Positions 27,787 through 38,838 of a DNA stretch of 64,000 nucleotides are shown in pieces. Under the pieces are notes generated by a model. That model made no database searches. It was not told where the DNA came from and saw only the letters and a list, made by a program, of their open reading frames with translations. Position numbers and translations under genes: made by a program. Origin of the DNA: an uncultured Eubacteriales bacterium (GTDB taxonomy: Bacteria > Acidobacteriota > Aminicenantia > Aminicenantales > Saccharicenantaceae); assembly GCA_964551995.1 (NCBI GenBank), contig CAZKFD010000011.1:109036-173035 (forward strand). Reading direction: 5' to 3'. Each line of letters begins with the position of its first letter. Position 1 is the stretch's first letter.

Positions 27787-28496
27787 TCGAGCTCGCCGAC
27801 GACCCTGAGGAAGGCCTCCTCGGGGGAGGGCGCGGCCGTGATCGGGCGCCCGATGACGAGATAATCCGCCCCTTTGGCCACCGCTTCCGCGGGGGTCATG
27901 ATGCGTTTCTGATCCTGGGCGGCGGCCCAGAGCGGCCGGATCCCCGGCGTGACGATCACCCAATCGCGCCCGAATTCCTTCCTCAAAATCTCGATCTCCT
28001 GGGGCGAGCAAACGACGCCGTCCATGCCGGCGGAGCGGGCTAGGCCGGCCAGGCGCAGGACCTGGTTGGCGACGGGGGCGGCGACGCCGATCTCTTTGAG
28101 GTCAGCTTCCTTTAAGCTGGTCAGGACCGTCACCCCGAGGAGGACCGGCTTCGGGCGGCGGAGCTCCTCCGAGACTTGCCGGGCCGTCTCCACGGCCCGC
28201 GCCATCATCTCCCGGCCTCCCGATGTATGGATGGTCATCATCTGGACGCCGTGGCGAAAGGCCGACCGGACGGCTCCGGCCACCGTGTTGGGGATGTCGT
28301 GGAGCTTCAGGTCCAGGAAGACATCTTTGCGCAGGGCCTTGAGCTTTCTGAAGAGCGCCGGCCCTTCGGCCGTGAAGAGTTCGAGTCCGACCTTGAAGGT
28401 CCGGGCCTCGCGGAGGCGACTGACAAGGGCCAGGCCTTCCTCCTTGCTGGGAACGTCGAGGGCGATGATGATCCGGCCGCGGCTGTCGCTGTTCAT
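27777..28496 (-). CDS. pyrF: Orotidine 5'-phosphate decarboxylase
   Basis: Start MNSDSRGRIIIALDVP. FLDLKLHDIPNTV is the catalytic Asp-x-Lys-x-x-Asp region. LVIGRPI at the C-terminus. Confidence 0.85.
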   Translation of the reverse strand: MNSDSRGRIIIALDVPSKEEGLALVSRLREARTFKVGLELFTAEGPALFRKLKALRKDVFLDLKLHDIPNTVAGAVRSAFRHGVQMMTIHTSGGREMMARAVETARQVSEELRRPKPVLLGVTVLTSLKEADLKEIGVAAPVANQVLRLAGLARSAGMDGVVCSPQEIEILRKEFGRDWVIVTPGIRPLWAAAQDQKRIMTPAEAVAKGADYLVIGRPITAAPSPEEAFLRVVGELDQA

Positions 28497-28539
28497 GCGC
28501 TCATCCTCCCGCCGGGCGTGAGGCCCGGCGCCTTTTTCG

Positions 28540-29472
28540 TCACGCCTCCCGCGGCGTCCTGAGCGTCCCGATGATGTTCCGGATCCGGTCGACGGCGTGC
28601 GCCCCGCACCAGTCATCGATCTCGCGGATGATGCGGACGCAGGCATCGGGATCCACGAAGTTGGCCGTTCCCACTTCGACGGCCGCGGCCCCCGCCATCA
28701 GAAACTCGACGGCGTCCCCGCCGGTCATGATCCCGCCCATGCCGATGACGGGAACCCGGGCGCGGGAGGCGACCTGATAGACCATTCTTAGGGCGATGGG
28801 CCGGATGGCCGGCCCGCTGAGGCCGCCGAAGACATTGGCCAGCCGCGGCCGGCGCGTTTCGATGTCGACGGCCATGGCCAGGAACGTATTGACGAGCGAG
28901 ATCCCGTCGGTCCCGGCTTCCTCGGCGGCTTGGGCGATCTCGACGATGTTCGTAACGTTGGGCGAAAGCTTGGTGATGACCGGGCGGCGCGCGGCCGCCT
29001 TGATCCGCCTGATGAGCTTGAACGTCGGCTCCGGTGAGAGGGCGGGACAGGCGCCGTCCTGCTTGACGTTCGGGCAGGAGATGTTGAGCTCGTAGGCCGC
29101 GATGCCGTCCTGTTTCTCGAGGAACTCGACGACGGATACGTACTCGTCGTCGTCGGCCCCGCACACGTTGACGATGACGGCCGTGCCGTATCCGCGGAGG
29201 CGGGGGAGAACTTTCTCCGAGAACGCCCGGACCCCGACGCCTTGGAGACCGATGGCGTTGATCAAGCCGCTCGGGGTTTCGACAAGACGGGGAGGCGGGT
29301 TCCCCTCCCGGGGATCGAAGTAGAGCCCTTTGACCACGAACCCGCCGAGCTTGTCGAGCGCCAGATAGGGCTCGAATTCGAGCCCGTAGCCGAAGGTGCC
29401 GCTGGCCGCGATCACGGGGTTCTTGAGTTTCAGGAATCCCAGGTCGATCTCAAGGTCCGCCATGGCCGTCAT
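28540..29472 (-). CDS. pyrD: Dihydroorotate dehydrogenase catalytic subunit (class 1B, PyrD)
   Basis: LKNPVIAASGTFGYGLEF, NISCPNV, GISLVNT and GMGGIMTGGDAVEF. The ATG overlaps the pyrK stop (ATGA). Confidence 0.9.
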   Translation of the reverse strand: MTAMADLEIDLGFLKLKNPVIAASGTFGYGLEFEPYLALDKLGGFVVKGLYFDPREGNPPPRLVETPSGLINAIGLQGVGVRAFSEKVLPRLRGYGTAVIVNVCGADDDEYVSVVEFLEKQDGIAAYELNISCPNVKQDGACPALSPEPTFKLIRRIKAAARRPVITKLSPNVTNIVEIAQAAEEAGTDGISLVNTFLAMAVDIETRRPRLANVFGGLSGPAIRPIALRMVYQVASRARVPVIGMGGIMTGGDAVEFLMAGAAAVEVGTANFVDPDACVRIIREIDDWCGAHAVDRIRNIIGTLRTPREA

Positions 29473-30257
29473 TCCGTCCACATGATCCGGTCTCGGCGAA
29501 ACACGGGCCCCTCCTCGCAGATCTTGACCCAGCCGTCGCCGCCTTCGTCCCTGATGCGGTGAACGCAGCCCCAGCAGGCGCCGATGCCGCAGCCCATCAT
29601 GGATTCCAGGGAGAATTCGCAAGGGATCCGCCTCCGCCCGGCGTGTTCGGAAACTGTGCGCATCATCGGGTCGGGTCCGCAGGCGAAGAGGACATCGGCC
29701 GGCTCCCGCTCAAGAAAGCGCTCGAGGCTTTCCGTGACGAGCCCCTTGAAGCCGAAGGAACCATCGTCAGTCGCGCAGAGGAGGGGGAGGCCGGCCGTCT
29801 CGAACTTCCCCCTTAGGGGTAGATCCTGGATCGTGCGCCCGCCGTAGAGGACGGTGACCTGGGCGCCGGCGACCTTGAGTTCCCGCCCCAGAAAGTACAG
29901 CGGGGCGATGCCGCGGCCGCCGCCGACCAGGCAGGCCCGTTTTCCTCTGAGCTCTGCTGTGACGGTGAAGCCCTTGCCGAGCGGGCCGAGGAGGTCCACG
30001 GTATCGCCGGGCCTCTTCCGGGCCAGGATGTCCATCCCGACTCCGGTGACCTTGAAGAACAGCTCGATCCCCGAGGGGCCGGCGTCATGGACGCTCAGGG
30101 GCCTGCGGAGGAGGGGAAAAGGCGCCGGGGACACCTTGACCATGACGAACTGGCCGGGGCGGGCGGTCCGGCCGAGCGCGGCGGTCTCGATGCCCAGCAG
30201 ATGATAATCCCCCCAGCTCAGGGCGGTCAGGACGCGAGCGCTCCGGTCAATTGCCAT
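29469..30257 (-). CDS. pyrK: Dihydroorotate dehydrogenase electron-transfer subunit PyrK
   Basis: FAD/NAD-binding RPLSV and GGGRGIAPL. C-terminal 2Fe-2S cysteines CGIGACWGCV. Confidence 0.85.
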   Translation of the reverse strand: MAIDRSARVLTALSWGDYHLLGIETAALGRTARPGQFVMVKVSPAPFPLLRRPLSVHDAGPSGIELFFKVTGVGMDILARKRPGDTVDLLGPLGKGFTVTAELRGKRACLVGGGRGIAPLYFLGRELKVAGAQVTVLYGGRTIQDLPLRGKFETAGLPLLCATDDGSFGFKGLVTESLERFLEREPADVLFACGPDPMMRTVSEHAGRRRIPCEFSLESMMGCGIGACWGCVHRIRDEGGDGWVKICEEGPVFRRDRIMWTE

Positions 30258-30453
30258 GGCTTCGGCTCTTACTCCGTGTTTGGACAAAAATAGCAGAATC
30301 ACGGGCGTTCCGCAATAGAAAAGGGAGCCTATCGATCACGTCCGGCCCATCTCCTGCGCCCCTGATTCGGACGCTGCGCTCCGGCCGGCGATATTGCGGC
30401 GGGGGCGGGAAATACTCTATAATGAGGCGATTCATAAGCGGAAGGACTCATCC

Positions 30454-31650
30454 ATGCAAGTATCGAAAAGAGGCCGCGAGATCCAGGCGTCCCCGATCCG
30501 GAAGCTGAAACCGTTCGCCGACCGGACGCTGGCCAAGGGGATCAAGATCTTCCACCTGAACATCGGCGACCCGGATATCCCGACCCCCCAGGTCGTCCTC
30601 GACACGTTCTGCAGCTATCGCGGCCCGGTCCTGAGCTACGGCCCGGCCCAGGGCTTTCTCGACCTCCGCCAGGCCGTGGCCCGCTATTTCGGGAATTACC
30701 GAATTCCCCTCGAAGCGGACAACGTCATCATCACGACGGGCGGGTCCGAGGCCATTCACTTCGCGTTCTCCGTTGTGGCCGACTCGGGCGACGAGATCAT
30801 CATCCCGGAACCCTATTATACGAACTACAACGGCTACGCCTCGTTCGCCGGAGTCCGCATCGTCCCGCTCCCTCTGCGGGTCGAAGACGGGTTCCGCCTT
30901 CCGGAGACCGCCGCGATCGAAGCCAAGATCACGCCCAAGACACGGGCCATCCTGGTCTGCTCCCCAAACAACCCCACCGGGACCGTCTATATGCCGGGGG
31001 AGCTGGAGCGGGTCGTCGGCCTGGTGAAAAAGCACGATCTCTTCCTGATCGGGGACGAGGTCTACAAGGAGTTCGTCTATGACGGCCTGCAGCATAAAAG
31101 CGTCCTCGAATACGAGGACATCGAGGACCGTGTCATCGTCGTAGACAGTATCTCCAAGCGCTACAGTTGCTGCGGCGCGCGCATCGGGATGATCATCACG
31201 CGAAACGACGGGGTCTACCAGTCGGCCCTCAAGTTCGCCCAGGCGCGGCTCTGCCCGCCCTCGGTCGAGCAGATGGCCGCTCGGGCGGCCTACGAGATGC
31301 CCATGAGCTATTTTCAGCCCGTCCGCGAAGAATACCAAAGGCGCCGCGACGTCCTCTACGAGGGTCTGAAAGACGTCCCGGGGCTCATCATCCGCCGCCC
31401 CCAGGGCGCGTTTTATGTCATCATCCGGCTGCCCGTGAAGGACGCCGAGCATTTCGCCGTCTGGATGCTTTCGGAATTCTCGCTGGACGGGAAGACGGTG
31501 ATGGTCGCCCCGGGGCCGGGGTTCTACTCCACCCCGAACCTCGGGACCGACGAGATCCGCATCGCCTACGTCATCAACGAGAAGGACCTCCAAGAAGCCG
31601 TCGGGGTCTTCAAGGCGGGACTCGAGAAATACCGGACGCTGTTTCCCTGA
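30454..31650 (+). CDS. PLP-dependent aminotransferase class I (aspartate aminotransferase-like)
   Basis: GDPDIPTP, NPTGTV and the SISKRYSCCGARIG PLP-lysine region. A TATAAT -10 box lies about 35 nt upstream. Confidence 0.85.
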   Translation: MQVSKRGREIQASPIRKLKPFADRTLAKGIKIFHLNIGDPDIPTPQVVLDTFCSYRGPVLSYGPAQGFLDLRQAVARYFGNYRIPLEADNVIITTGGSEAIHFAFSVVADSGDEIIIPEPYYTNYNGYASFAGVRIVPLPLRVEDGFRLPETAAIEAKITPKTRAILVCSPNNPTGTVYMPGELERVVGLVKKHDLFLIGDEVYKEFVYDGLQHKSVLEYEDIEDRVIVVDSISKRYSCCGARIGMIITRNDGVYQSALKFAQARLCPPSVEQMAARAAYEMPMSYFQPVREEYQRRRDVLYEGLKDVPGLIIRRPQGAFYVIIRLPVKDAEHFAVWMLSEFSLDGKTVMVAPGPGFYSTPNLGTDEIRIAYVINEKDLQEAVGVFKAGLEKYRTLFP

Positions 31651-31744
31651 ACCGGAGGGCCGGCCCGGCAACAGGCGGTTTGAATTTTCAGCCCGTTGCG
31701 AGTATATTGCTTGAATTATCCTGGCATGTCTTCAGGAGCACTCC

Positions 31745-34558
31745 ATGAGCAATAAATGCGTTTATTTCTTCGGCGGCGGAAGGGCCGAGGGCAACAAGGA
31801 GATGAAGGACATACTCGGCGGGAAGGGGGCCAATCTGGCGGAGATGGATGGGATCGGCCTGCCCGTTCCGCCCGGCTTCACGGTTTCGAGCCAGGTCTGC
31901 GCCTTGTACAACGGTAACAGGAAAAGGATCCCCGACGCCGTGCGGCGGGAGATCGAGAAGAATTTGCGGAAGCTCCAAACAACCGTCGGCCGACGTTTCG
32001 GCGATCCCGCCGATCCCCTCCTCGTGTCCGTGCGCTCCGGCGCCCGGGCCTCGATGCCGGGCATGATGGACACCATCCTCAACCTCGGACTCAACGACAA
32101 GACAGTGGCCGGCCTCATTGCCAAGACGGGGAATCCCCGCTTCGGCTACGATTCCTACCGGCGGTTCGTCCAGATGTACGGCGACGTCGTGCTCGGGCTG
32201 AAGCCCGTCAATAAAGACGACATCGACCCGTTCGAGGCCATCATCGAGGCGAAGAAGCGGGAACGGGGCCTCGGCGGCGACACAGATCTCACAGCCGACG
32301 ACCTGAAAGACCTCGTAGCCCAGTTCAAAGGGGTCATCAAGGACAGGACGGGGCACGTATTCCCCGAAGACCCCGTGAAGCAGCTGTGGGGCGCGATCGG
32401 CGCCGTCTTCGACTCCTGGAGGAACGAGCGCGCCGTCGCCTACCGGAAGCTCTACAACATTCCCGAATCCTGGGGAACGGCGGTCAACGTCCAGCTTATG
32501 GTCTTCGGGAACATGGGCAATGACTCCGGCACCGGCGTCGCTTTCACCCGGGATCCGGCCACGGGCGAGAACACGTTCTACGGTGAGTATCTGATGAACG
32601 CCCAGGGCGAGGACGTGGTTGCCGGCATCCGGACGCCGCTTCCGATCGCCCGCCTGGACAAGGACGTCCCCGGCGCCTATGCCCAGCTCGAGAGAATCCG
32701 CCGCGTCCTGGAGAAGAACTTCCGGGACATGATGGACATCGAGTTCACCATCCAGCAGGGGAAGCTGTACATGCTTCAGTGCCGCGTCGGGAAGCGGACG
32801 GCTTTCGCCGCCATCCGGATCGCCGTCGACATGGTCGGCGAGAAGCTCATCGCGGAGAAGGAGGCGCTGACCCGTATTGAGCCCGACCAGTTGAACCAGC
32901 TCCTCCGCCCGGTCTTCGACCCGGCCGAGAAGGACGCGGCAGTCAAGAGCGGCCGCCTGCTAGCCAGGGGATTGAACGCCGGCCCGGGCGCGGCCGCCGG
33001 CCGGCTCGTGTTCAACTCTGCGGACGCCGAGGCGCGTGCCCGAAGCCGCGAGCCGGTCATCCTCGCCCGGATCGAGACATCGCCGGAAGACATCAAGGGC
33101 ATGAGCGCAGCCGAGGGCATCCTGACGGCGCGCGGCGGCATGACGTCGCACGCCGCCCTCGTGGCCCGTCAGATGGGTAAGGTCTGCGTCGCCGGCTGCG
33201 GCGAGCTGGTCATCGATTACGGCAGGCGCGAGATGACCGTCCGCGGACGCGTCCTCCATGAGGGTGATTGGATCTCCATCGACGGGACGACCGGACAGGT
33301 CCTGGAGGGACGGATCAACACGCGGCCGTCGGAAGTACTCCGGGTTCTGATCGAGAAGACCCTCGATCCGGCCCGCTCCCCCGTCTATCAGACGTTCGCG
33401 GAGGTGATGGAGTGGGCCGACAAATCCCGGCGGCTCAAGATCCGGACGAACGCCGACCAGCCGGACCAGGCGAGGAACGCGGTCGCCTTCGGCGCGGAAG
33501 GCATCGGGCTCTGCCGCACGGAGCACATGTTCTTTGGCGAGGGGAAGATCGGCCCGATGCGAGAGATGATCCTGGCCGATACGGCCGAACAGCGGCGGGC
33601 CGCCCTTGCCAAGCTGCTGCCGCTCCAGCGCGCGGACTTCCAGGGCATCTTCGAGGTCATGAACGGCCGTCCGGTGACCATCCGGACGATCGACCCGCCG
33701 CTCCACGAGTTCCTGCCCCACGAGGAGCCGGAACAGCGGGCCCTCGCCGCCGAAATGGGCCTGTCCTACGAGAAGGTCAGGGAGCGTGTCGAGTCGCTGA
33801 AGGAGTTCAATCCCATGCTGGGGTTCCGCGGCTGCCGGCTGGGCATCATCTATCCCGAGATTACGGAGATGATGGCCCGGGCCATCTTCGAGGCGGCCGC
33901 CGCCACGAAAAAGCGCGGCATCGCCGTCGAGCCCGAGGTCATGATCCCGCTCGTCGGCCACGTCAAGGAGCTGGCCGACCAGGAGCGGATCGTCCGTCGG
34001 ACGGCCCAGGCCGTCATGAAGGCGCAGGGCGTCCGGTTCACCTATCACGTCGGCACGATGATCGAGATCCCGCGCGGCGCGGTCACTGCCGACGAGATCG
34101 CGACCGTAGCCGAGTTCTTCAGCTTCGGCACGAACGACCTGACTCAGACGACCCTCGGGGTGAGCCGGGACGACGCCGGGCGGTTCCTCGTTCCGTATGT
34201 CGCGAGGGAGATCTACGCCAAGGACCCGTTCGAGGTCATCGACCGGGACGGGGTCGGCGAGGTCATGCGCATGGCCGTGGAGAAGGGCCGCCGGACGCGG
34301 CCAGGCCTCAAGATCGGCATCTGCGGCGAGCACGGCGGAGAGCCATCGAGCATCGAGTTCTGCCACACGATGGGGCTGGACTACGTCAGCTGTTCGCCGT
34401 TCCGCGTGCCCATCGCCCGCCTGGCGGCCGCCCGCGCGGCGCTGCTCAACCCGCCAGCGTCGCGCCGTCCGGGGCAAAAGAATGGGCCGGCCCGGAAAGG
34501 CGCTCCGCGGCGCCGGCCGGCGAAGAAGGCGGCAAGGGCCGGGAGGACGTCCCGATAG
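31745..34558 (+). CDS. ppdK: Pyruvate, phosphate dikinase with about 40-aa basic C-terminal tail
   Basis: 937 aa. [10 protein letters not shown], the catalytic His region [22 protein letters not shown], the C-terminal PEP/pyruvate-binding TIM barrel ending [18 protein letters not shown], then the extra tail [36 protein letters not shown]. Confidence 0.9.
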   Translation: MSNKCVYFFGGGRAEGNKEMKDILGGKGANLAEMDGIGLPVPPGFTVSSQVCALYNGNRKRIPDAVRREIEKNLRKLQTTVGRRFGDPADPLLVSVRSGARASMPGMMDTILNLGLNDKTVAGLIAKTGNPRFGYDSYRRFVQMYGDVVLGLKPVNKDDIDPFEAIIEAKKRERGLGGDTDLTADDLKDLVAQFKGVIKDRTGHVFPEDPVKQLWGAIGAVFDSWRNERAVAYRKLYNIPESWGTAVNVQLMVFGNMGNDSGTGVAFTRDPATGENTFYGEYLMNAQGEDVVAGIRTPLPIARLDKDVPGAYAQLERIRRVLEKNFRDMMDIEFTIQQGKLYMLQCRVGKRTAFAAIRIAVDMVGEKLIAEKEALTRIEPDQLNQLLRPVFDPAEKDAAVKSGRLLARGLNAGPGAAAGRLVFNSADAEARARSREPVILARIETSPEDIKGMSAAEGILTARGGMTSHAALVARQMGKVCVAGCGELVIDYGRREMTVRGRVLHEGDWISIDGTTGQVLEGRINTRPSEVLRVLIEKTLDPARSPVYQTFAEVMEWADKSRRLKIRTNADQPDQARNAVAFGAEGIGLCRTEHMFFGEGKIGPMREMILADTAEQRRAALAKLLPLQRADFQGIFEVMNGRPVTIRTIDPPLHEFLPHEEPEQRALAAEMGLSYEKVRERVESLKEFNPMLGFRGCRLGIIYPEITEMMARAIFEAAAATKKRGIAVEPEVMIPLVGHVKELADQERIVRRTAQAVMKAQGVRFTYHVGTMIEIPRGAVTADEIATVAEFFSFGTNDLTQTTLGVSRDDAGRFLVPYVAREIYAKDPFEVIDRDGVGEVMRMAVEKGRRTRPGLKIGICGEHGGEPSSIEFCHTMGLDYVSCSPFRVPIARLAAARAALLNPPASRRPGQKNGPARKGAPRRRPAKKAARAGRTSR

Positions 34559-34586
34559 CCCAGATGACCGCCACGTGAGGCGTTCC

Positions 34587-35543
34587 ATGGGCGAGCTCGT
34601 CGGCCTCCTGCGTTCGGTCATCGGCCGGCGTTTTCCTTTCAAGCTCGTCTACAGCAACGAGTACTGGATGTTCGATACGGGGAAGCACGTCTTCCCCCTC
34701 CAGAAATACCGCCTCGTTTACGAGAACCTCCTGTCCATGGGCGCCCGCAAGGACGATTTCCTCCGGCCCCGGCCGGCTCAGGACGAGGACATTCTCCTGG
34801 TTCATACGGCGAGATACCTCAACCATTTGAAGGCGGGGACGCTCCGGCCCGACGAGATACAGGCCATGGAACTGCGTTTCTCGCCGGAGCTCGTGCGGTT
34901 CGCCCTGCTGTCGGTCGGGGGCACGGTCCTCGCCGCGCGCCGGGCCCTGGAAGACGGGATGGCCTTCCATATCGGCGGGGGGTTCCATCACGCCTTCCGC
35001 GATCACGGCGAGGGCTTCTGCCTCCTCAACGACGTGGCCGTGGCCGTGGAGAAGATGATCGAGGAGAAAAGAGCCCGGAAGGTGATGATCGTTGATTGCG
35101 ACCTCCATCAGGGCAACGGAACGGCCGCCATCTTCGCCCGCCGCGAGGATGTCTTCACGTTCTCCATCCACCAGATGGACGTTTACCCCTCGGAAAAGCC
35201 GCCCGGGAGCCTGGATGTGGGTCTCTGGGCGGGAGACGATGAGAGCAAGTATCTCCAGGAGCTCAGAACCCACCTGCCGCCGATTTACGACGAATTCCGC
35301 CCCGAGCTGATCATCTATCTAGCAGGAGCGGACCCCTACGAAAATGACCAGCTGGGGGGCTTACGGCTGACGAAGGAGGGATTGAAAGAGCGGGATCGCT
35401 TCGTCTTGGAGAACGCCCGCCGCCGCCGCCTCCCGGTGGCCGTCGTTCTGGCGGGCGGCTATGCCCGGGAGATCGAGGACACGGTGGCGATCCACATCAA
35501 CACGATCCGCGTCGCCCGGCGCATCCAGAGGGTCTATTCCTGA
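34587..35543 (+). CDS. Histone deacetylase-family protein (AcuC/acetylpolyamine amidohydrolase-like)
   Basis: HIGGGFHHAFRDHGEGFCLLNDVAVA and VDCDLHQGNGTAAIF are the canonical Zn/active-site motifs. Confidence 0.8.
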   Translation: MGELVGLLRSVIGRRFPFKLVYSNEYWMFDTGKHVFPLQKYRLVYENLLSMGARKDDFLRPRPAQDEDILLVHTARYLNHLKAGTLRPDEIQAMELRFSPELVRFALLSVGGTVLAARRALEDGMAFHIGGGFHHAFRDHGEGFCLLNDVAVAVEKMIEEKRARKVMIVDCDLHQGNGTAAIFARREDVFTFSIHQMDVYPSEKPPGSLDVGLWAGDDESKYLQELRTHLPPIYDEFRPELIIYLAGADPYENDQLGGLRLTKEGLKERDRFVLENARRRRLPVAVVLAGGYAREIEDTVAIHINTIRVARRIQRVYS

Positions 35544-36778
35544 TCCTGCAAGAAGACGTGGGCGAAGACCTTGGCGTCGCCCACCATGTTGTCGATGATG
35601 CAGTATTCGTTGGGCTCGTGAGCCGTTTCGTCGAGCTTCGACCAGCAGGCGGCGTGGAAGCCGGCCCTGCGGAACAAGGCCGCGACCGTGCCGCCGCCGA
35701 TCCCCATGGCCCGGGCCTCTTTCCTGTAAACGGACTTGACGGCTTTTTTCAGGGCCCTGACGACGGGCGCCTGGACCGGCGTGGGGGGGGCCGCCGGCGC
35801 TTTCTGTTCGATGCCGATCTCGATCTTCACCCGGAACCTCTTCTCGATCCCCGCGGCGATCGACTGGATGCGCTTCTCGACGTCGGCGACCTTGTACTTC
35901 GGAAGGATCCGACAGTCCATGTAGAACACGTCTTCGCCCGGGATCGTGTTGATATTGGGGACGTTCCTTTCCTTTTTGGTCGGCTCGAAGGTCGACAGCG
36001 GGGGGTCGAACAGCTTCTCCCGCTGGGGGAAGAAATTGTACAGGCGGTTGAGCGCCGTGATGAAGAAGCTGGCCGCCTTGAAGCTGTTGATCCCCTTCTC
36101 CGGCGTCGACCCGTGAGCCTGCTTTCCCAGCGTCTTGAACTTGAGCCAGAGGAGGCTTTTTTCGGCGACCTCGATCATCGTCCCTTTCTCGTTGCCCGCG
36201 TCCGGGACGATGATCAAATCCTGTTGACGGAAGGTCTGGTGGTGCTGGAGAACGTAGTCGATCCCTTTGAGGCTCCCGGTCTCCTCGTCCGCGACGAGGG
36301 CGATCCCGATATCGTAAGCCGGGAGCACGCTCTCGGCCTGGAAAGCCTTCACGGCGAACAGGGACGCGACCATGTCCTGCTGATTATCCTCCACGCCGCG
36401 GCCGTAGATCCGTCCTTTCTGGACCCAGGCCTGATAGGGATTTCCGTCCCACTGGGAGAACTCCCCCGGCGGCACGACGTCCATGTGGGTCATGACCCAG
36501 ATCGTTCGGGCCGAACTCCGGCCTTTGTAGTAGGCCAGGATATTGGGCCGGTATCCGGCCGGCGCGTCGAGGTCCTGCGCCTTGATCAGGGTGATTCCCT
36601 CGAAGCCGTTCTGGTTGAGGTAGTTCTGGAGGAACTCGGCCTTCTTGGCCTCGCCTTCGCCGCCGCTTGCGGGGGCGATGGCAGGAATGGCGCAGAGCCG
36701 GATCTGGAGGTCGACCATCTCGTCGCGGAACTCGGTGATCCTCCGGAATAGCTTCTCAAAGATCCTAGCTTCGGTCAT
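35534..36778 (-). CDS. M20-family metallopeptidase (ArgE/DapE/ACY1-like)
   Basis: Start MTEARIF. WVMTHMDVVPPG, LVADEETGS and the C-terminal GGGT motif. Confidence 0.75.
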   Translation of the reverse strand: MTEARIFEKLFRRITEFRDEMVDLQIRLCAIPAIAPASGGEGEAKKAEFLQNYLNQNGFEGITLIKAQDLDAPAGYRPNILAYYKGRSSARTIWVMTHMDVVPPGEFSQWDGNPYQAWVQKGRIYGRGVEDNQQDMVASLFAVKAFQAESVLPAYDIGIALVADEETGSLKGIDYVLQHHQTFRQQDLIIVPDAGNEKGTMIEVAEKSLLWLKFKTLGKQAHGSTPEKGINSFKAASFFITALNRLYNFFPQREKLFDPPLSTFEPTKKERNVPNINTIPGEDVFYMDCRILPKYKVADVEKRIQSIAAGIEKRFRVKIEIGIEQKAPAAPPTPVQAPVVRALKKAVKSVYRKEARAMGIGGGTVAALFRRAGFHAACWSKLDETAHEPNEYCIIDNMVGDAKVFAHVFLQDQE

Positions 36779-36826
36779 GGGCACTCTCCTCCATGCCGGG
36801 TCTGGCCGCCATGATAGCACGGCCCC

Positions 36827-37510
36827 TTAAAAAAGCAAGGGCGGAAGCGGTCCCCGCCCGGCCGCGGCCTTGGCCGCCGGCCGCGCCCGGAAGAACCTCA
36901 GGATTCCTTGGATGATGTATTGGATTCCGGCGAGGCCCGTCAGGACGGCCGTCAGAGCGTAGAGCCAGATCAGAACAGGCCAGGGTTGCCCCAGGCCGTT
37001 GAGGAGGAGCACCAGGAGCAGCGTGCCGACCTGGCAGATCGTGCTGGCTTTCCCCAGCAATGACGGCTTGAACGTCGTCCGGCCCTTGATGCTGTTGTAA
37101 ACGAGCACGCCGACGGCGATCAAGACGTCGCGGCCGATGCAGATGACGGGCAGCCAGAGGGGAAGGCTGTTCGGTGCGCTCCATTGGGGAAACGCCATCA
37201 CGACGAAGGCCGCCGTCATGAGGACTTTGTCCCCCAGGGGGTCCAGCCACAGGCCGAGGTGGGTCTTGAGGCGGAACTTGCGGGCGGTGAACCCGTCGAG
37301 AGCGTCCGTCGCTCCGGCCAGCAGGAAAATCCCGAAAGCGAGCCACGGCCGATGCCGGACCGCCGACCAGACGAAGACCGGCGCGAGCAGGATCCGGGTG
37401 AGAGACAGGATGTTGGGAAGCGTGAAGACCTCGGAGCTGCGCTCGTCTTCGTCCACCGCTCGGCTCATGCGGCTCTCCGGCATCCCAAACTCCGCGCCTT
37501 CGGAACTCAT
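36827..37510 (-). CDS. pgsA: CDP-diacylglycerol--glycerol-3-phosphate 3-phosphatidyltransferase
   Basis: The CDP-alcohol phosphatidyltransferase motif DALDGFTARKF...GLWLDPLGDK, membrane-embedded. Confidence 0.8.
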   Translation of the reverse strand: MSSEGAEFGMPESRMSRAVDEDERSSEVFTLPNILSLTRILLAPVFVWSAVRHRPWLAFGIFLLAGATDALDGFTARKFRLKTHLGLWLDPLGDKVLMTAAFVVMAFPQWSAPNSLPLWLPVICIGRDVLIAVGVLVYNSIKGRTTFKPSLLGKASTICQVGTLLLVLLLNGLGQPWPVLIWLYALTAVLTGLAGIQYIIQGILRFFRARPAAKAAAGRGPLPPLLF

Positions 37511-38838
37511 TTGGCCAGCACCAAAGCCAGGTCCAGGATTGAGGCCGCCTCCCGGCCCGTGAGGGTCTTCTCCGGCGCGAACATCCGGTCAGGAGACAGA
37601 ACCATGATCTGGAGGGAGACGACCCTGAGTATCGGCTCATAATAAAAGTTGTCCGGCGAAACGTCGGCGATCTGGATTTTCCGCGTTTCGAGAACGGGCA
37701 CGAACTTGACGCCTTTCCCTTCGAGGAACGCGACGAGCCGGGAGACCGTGTCCGCCATCTCGGCCCGGTTGATGATCCTCGAGGGCTGGAACGTGTGGTT
37801 GTCGTAGACGCTCATGACGTTGCGGGAGGCGACCTCAACGATGAACTTCTGGGCCCAGGAGGTGCTGATGTCCACGAGGATCTCTGTGGCCTGGGCCGGC
37901 ACCCTGAAGAAGTCTTTGAACTTGACGGCGATCAGGGCGGCGAGGTCCTCCCGGGTGACGGCATCCTGGGCCGGGATGAGGCCGTATTGGCTGGGGAGCT
38001 CGACGACGCCGAGCTTGTTCTTGAGGTCTTGGATCCGGGCGGCGAGGTCCTTGTCCTGGGGCTCAAGGTCGGCGAGTTTCTCGTACAGATCCAGGCTCCG
38101 GCCGAAATCCCCCGATTTGTAGAGCTCGTCCGCGTACGCCTGCAGGACAGCCCTGTCGCCCGGCTTGGCTTCGTAGGCGGCTTTGAGATGGACGAGTCGG
38201 TTGGCCGGACTCCTCTCTTCTCCGTAGATCCGGGCCAGCTCGAGATGGGCCCCGGCGGATTCGGGGGCGTAAAAAAGGACCCTCAAGAGGGCTTTCTTCT
38301 GGCCGTCCCGGTTTCCGGCGGCCTGGGCGGCCCGGGCCTCAGCGTAAGCCTGCTCGACGAGCTCGTTCCGGAGCTTTTCGAAGCGGGGCTTGGCCCAGCG
38401 GCTTCCCGGCTCGCTCCTGAGAACCTCGCGGTACTGGGTGAAGGCCTCATCCTTTTGCCCCTGGGCTTCGAAGATCTGGGCGAGCCCGATATGGGCCGGG
38501 GTCATGTCGGGGAAGCGCTCGATCGACGCCTTGAACGATGCCGCGGCGCCCTCCAGGTCCCCCAGGGCGAACTGAGCGTATCCCAACCCTACTCCGTAAA
38601 GAGGGCTCGCCTGGCCGAGCCGGAGGAAGATCTTCCTGGCATCATCCGCCCGCCCCTCCCGAAGATCCTTCCAGGCCTCCTCGGCGGCGATCCTATCATC
38701 GAGGCTTAGCTGAGTCGACACGGAATACGGGATGTCTCCGATATAAAAGGACGGGGGAGTCGGATGGACCGTCGCGCAGGACCATGTCCCGATAAGCCCG
38801 AAAAGCGCGAGGAGGCCGACGACGGGACTCTTTTTCAC
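37507..38838 (-). CDS. Lipoprotein with TPR repeats and C-terminal SLH-like domains
   Basis: Signal/lipobox MKKSPVVGLLALFGLIGTWSC. Several TPR-like helical pairs. The C-terminal VTREDLAALIAVKF and MADTVSRLVAFLEGKG resemble SLH repeats. Confidence 0.6.
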   Translation of the reverse strand: MKKSPVVGLLALFGLIGTWSCATVHPTPPSFYIGDIPYSVSTQLSLDDRIAAEEAWKDLREGRADDARKIFLRLGQASPLYGVGLGYAQFALGDLEGAAASFKASIERFPDMTPAHIGLAQIFEAQGQKDEAFTQYREVLRSEPGSRWAKPRFEKLRNELVEQAYAEARAAQAAGNRDGQKKALLRVLFYAPESAGAHLELARIYGEERSPANRLVHLKAAYEAKPGDRAVLQAYADELYKSGDFGRSLDLYEKLADLEPQDKDLAARIQDLKNKLGVVELPSQYGLIPAQDAVTREDLAALIAVKFKDFFRVPAQATEILVDISTSWAQKFIVEVASRNVMSVYDNHTFQPSRIINRAEMADTVSRLVAFLEGKGVKFVPVLETRKIQIADVSPDNFYYEPILRVVSLQIMVLSPDRMFAPEKTLTGREAASILDLALVLAK

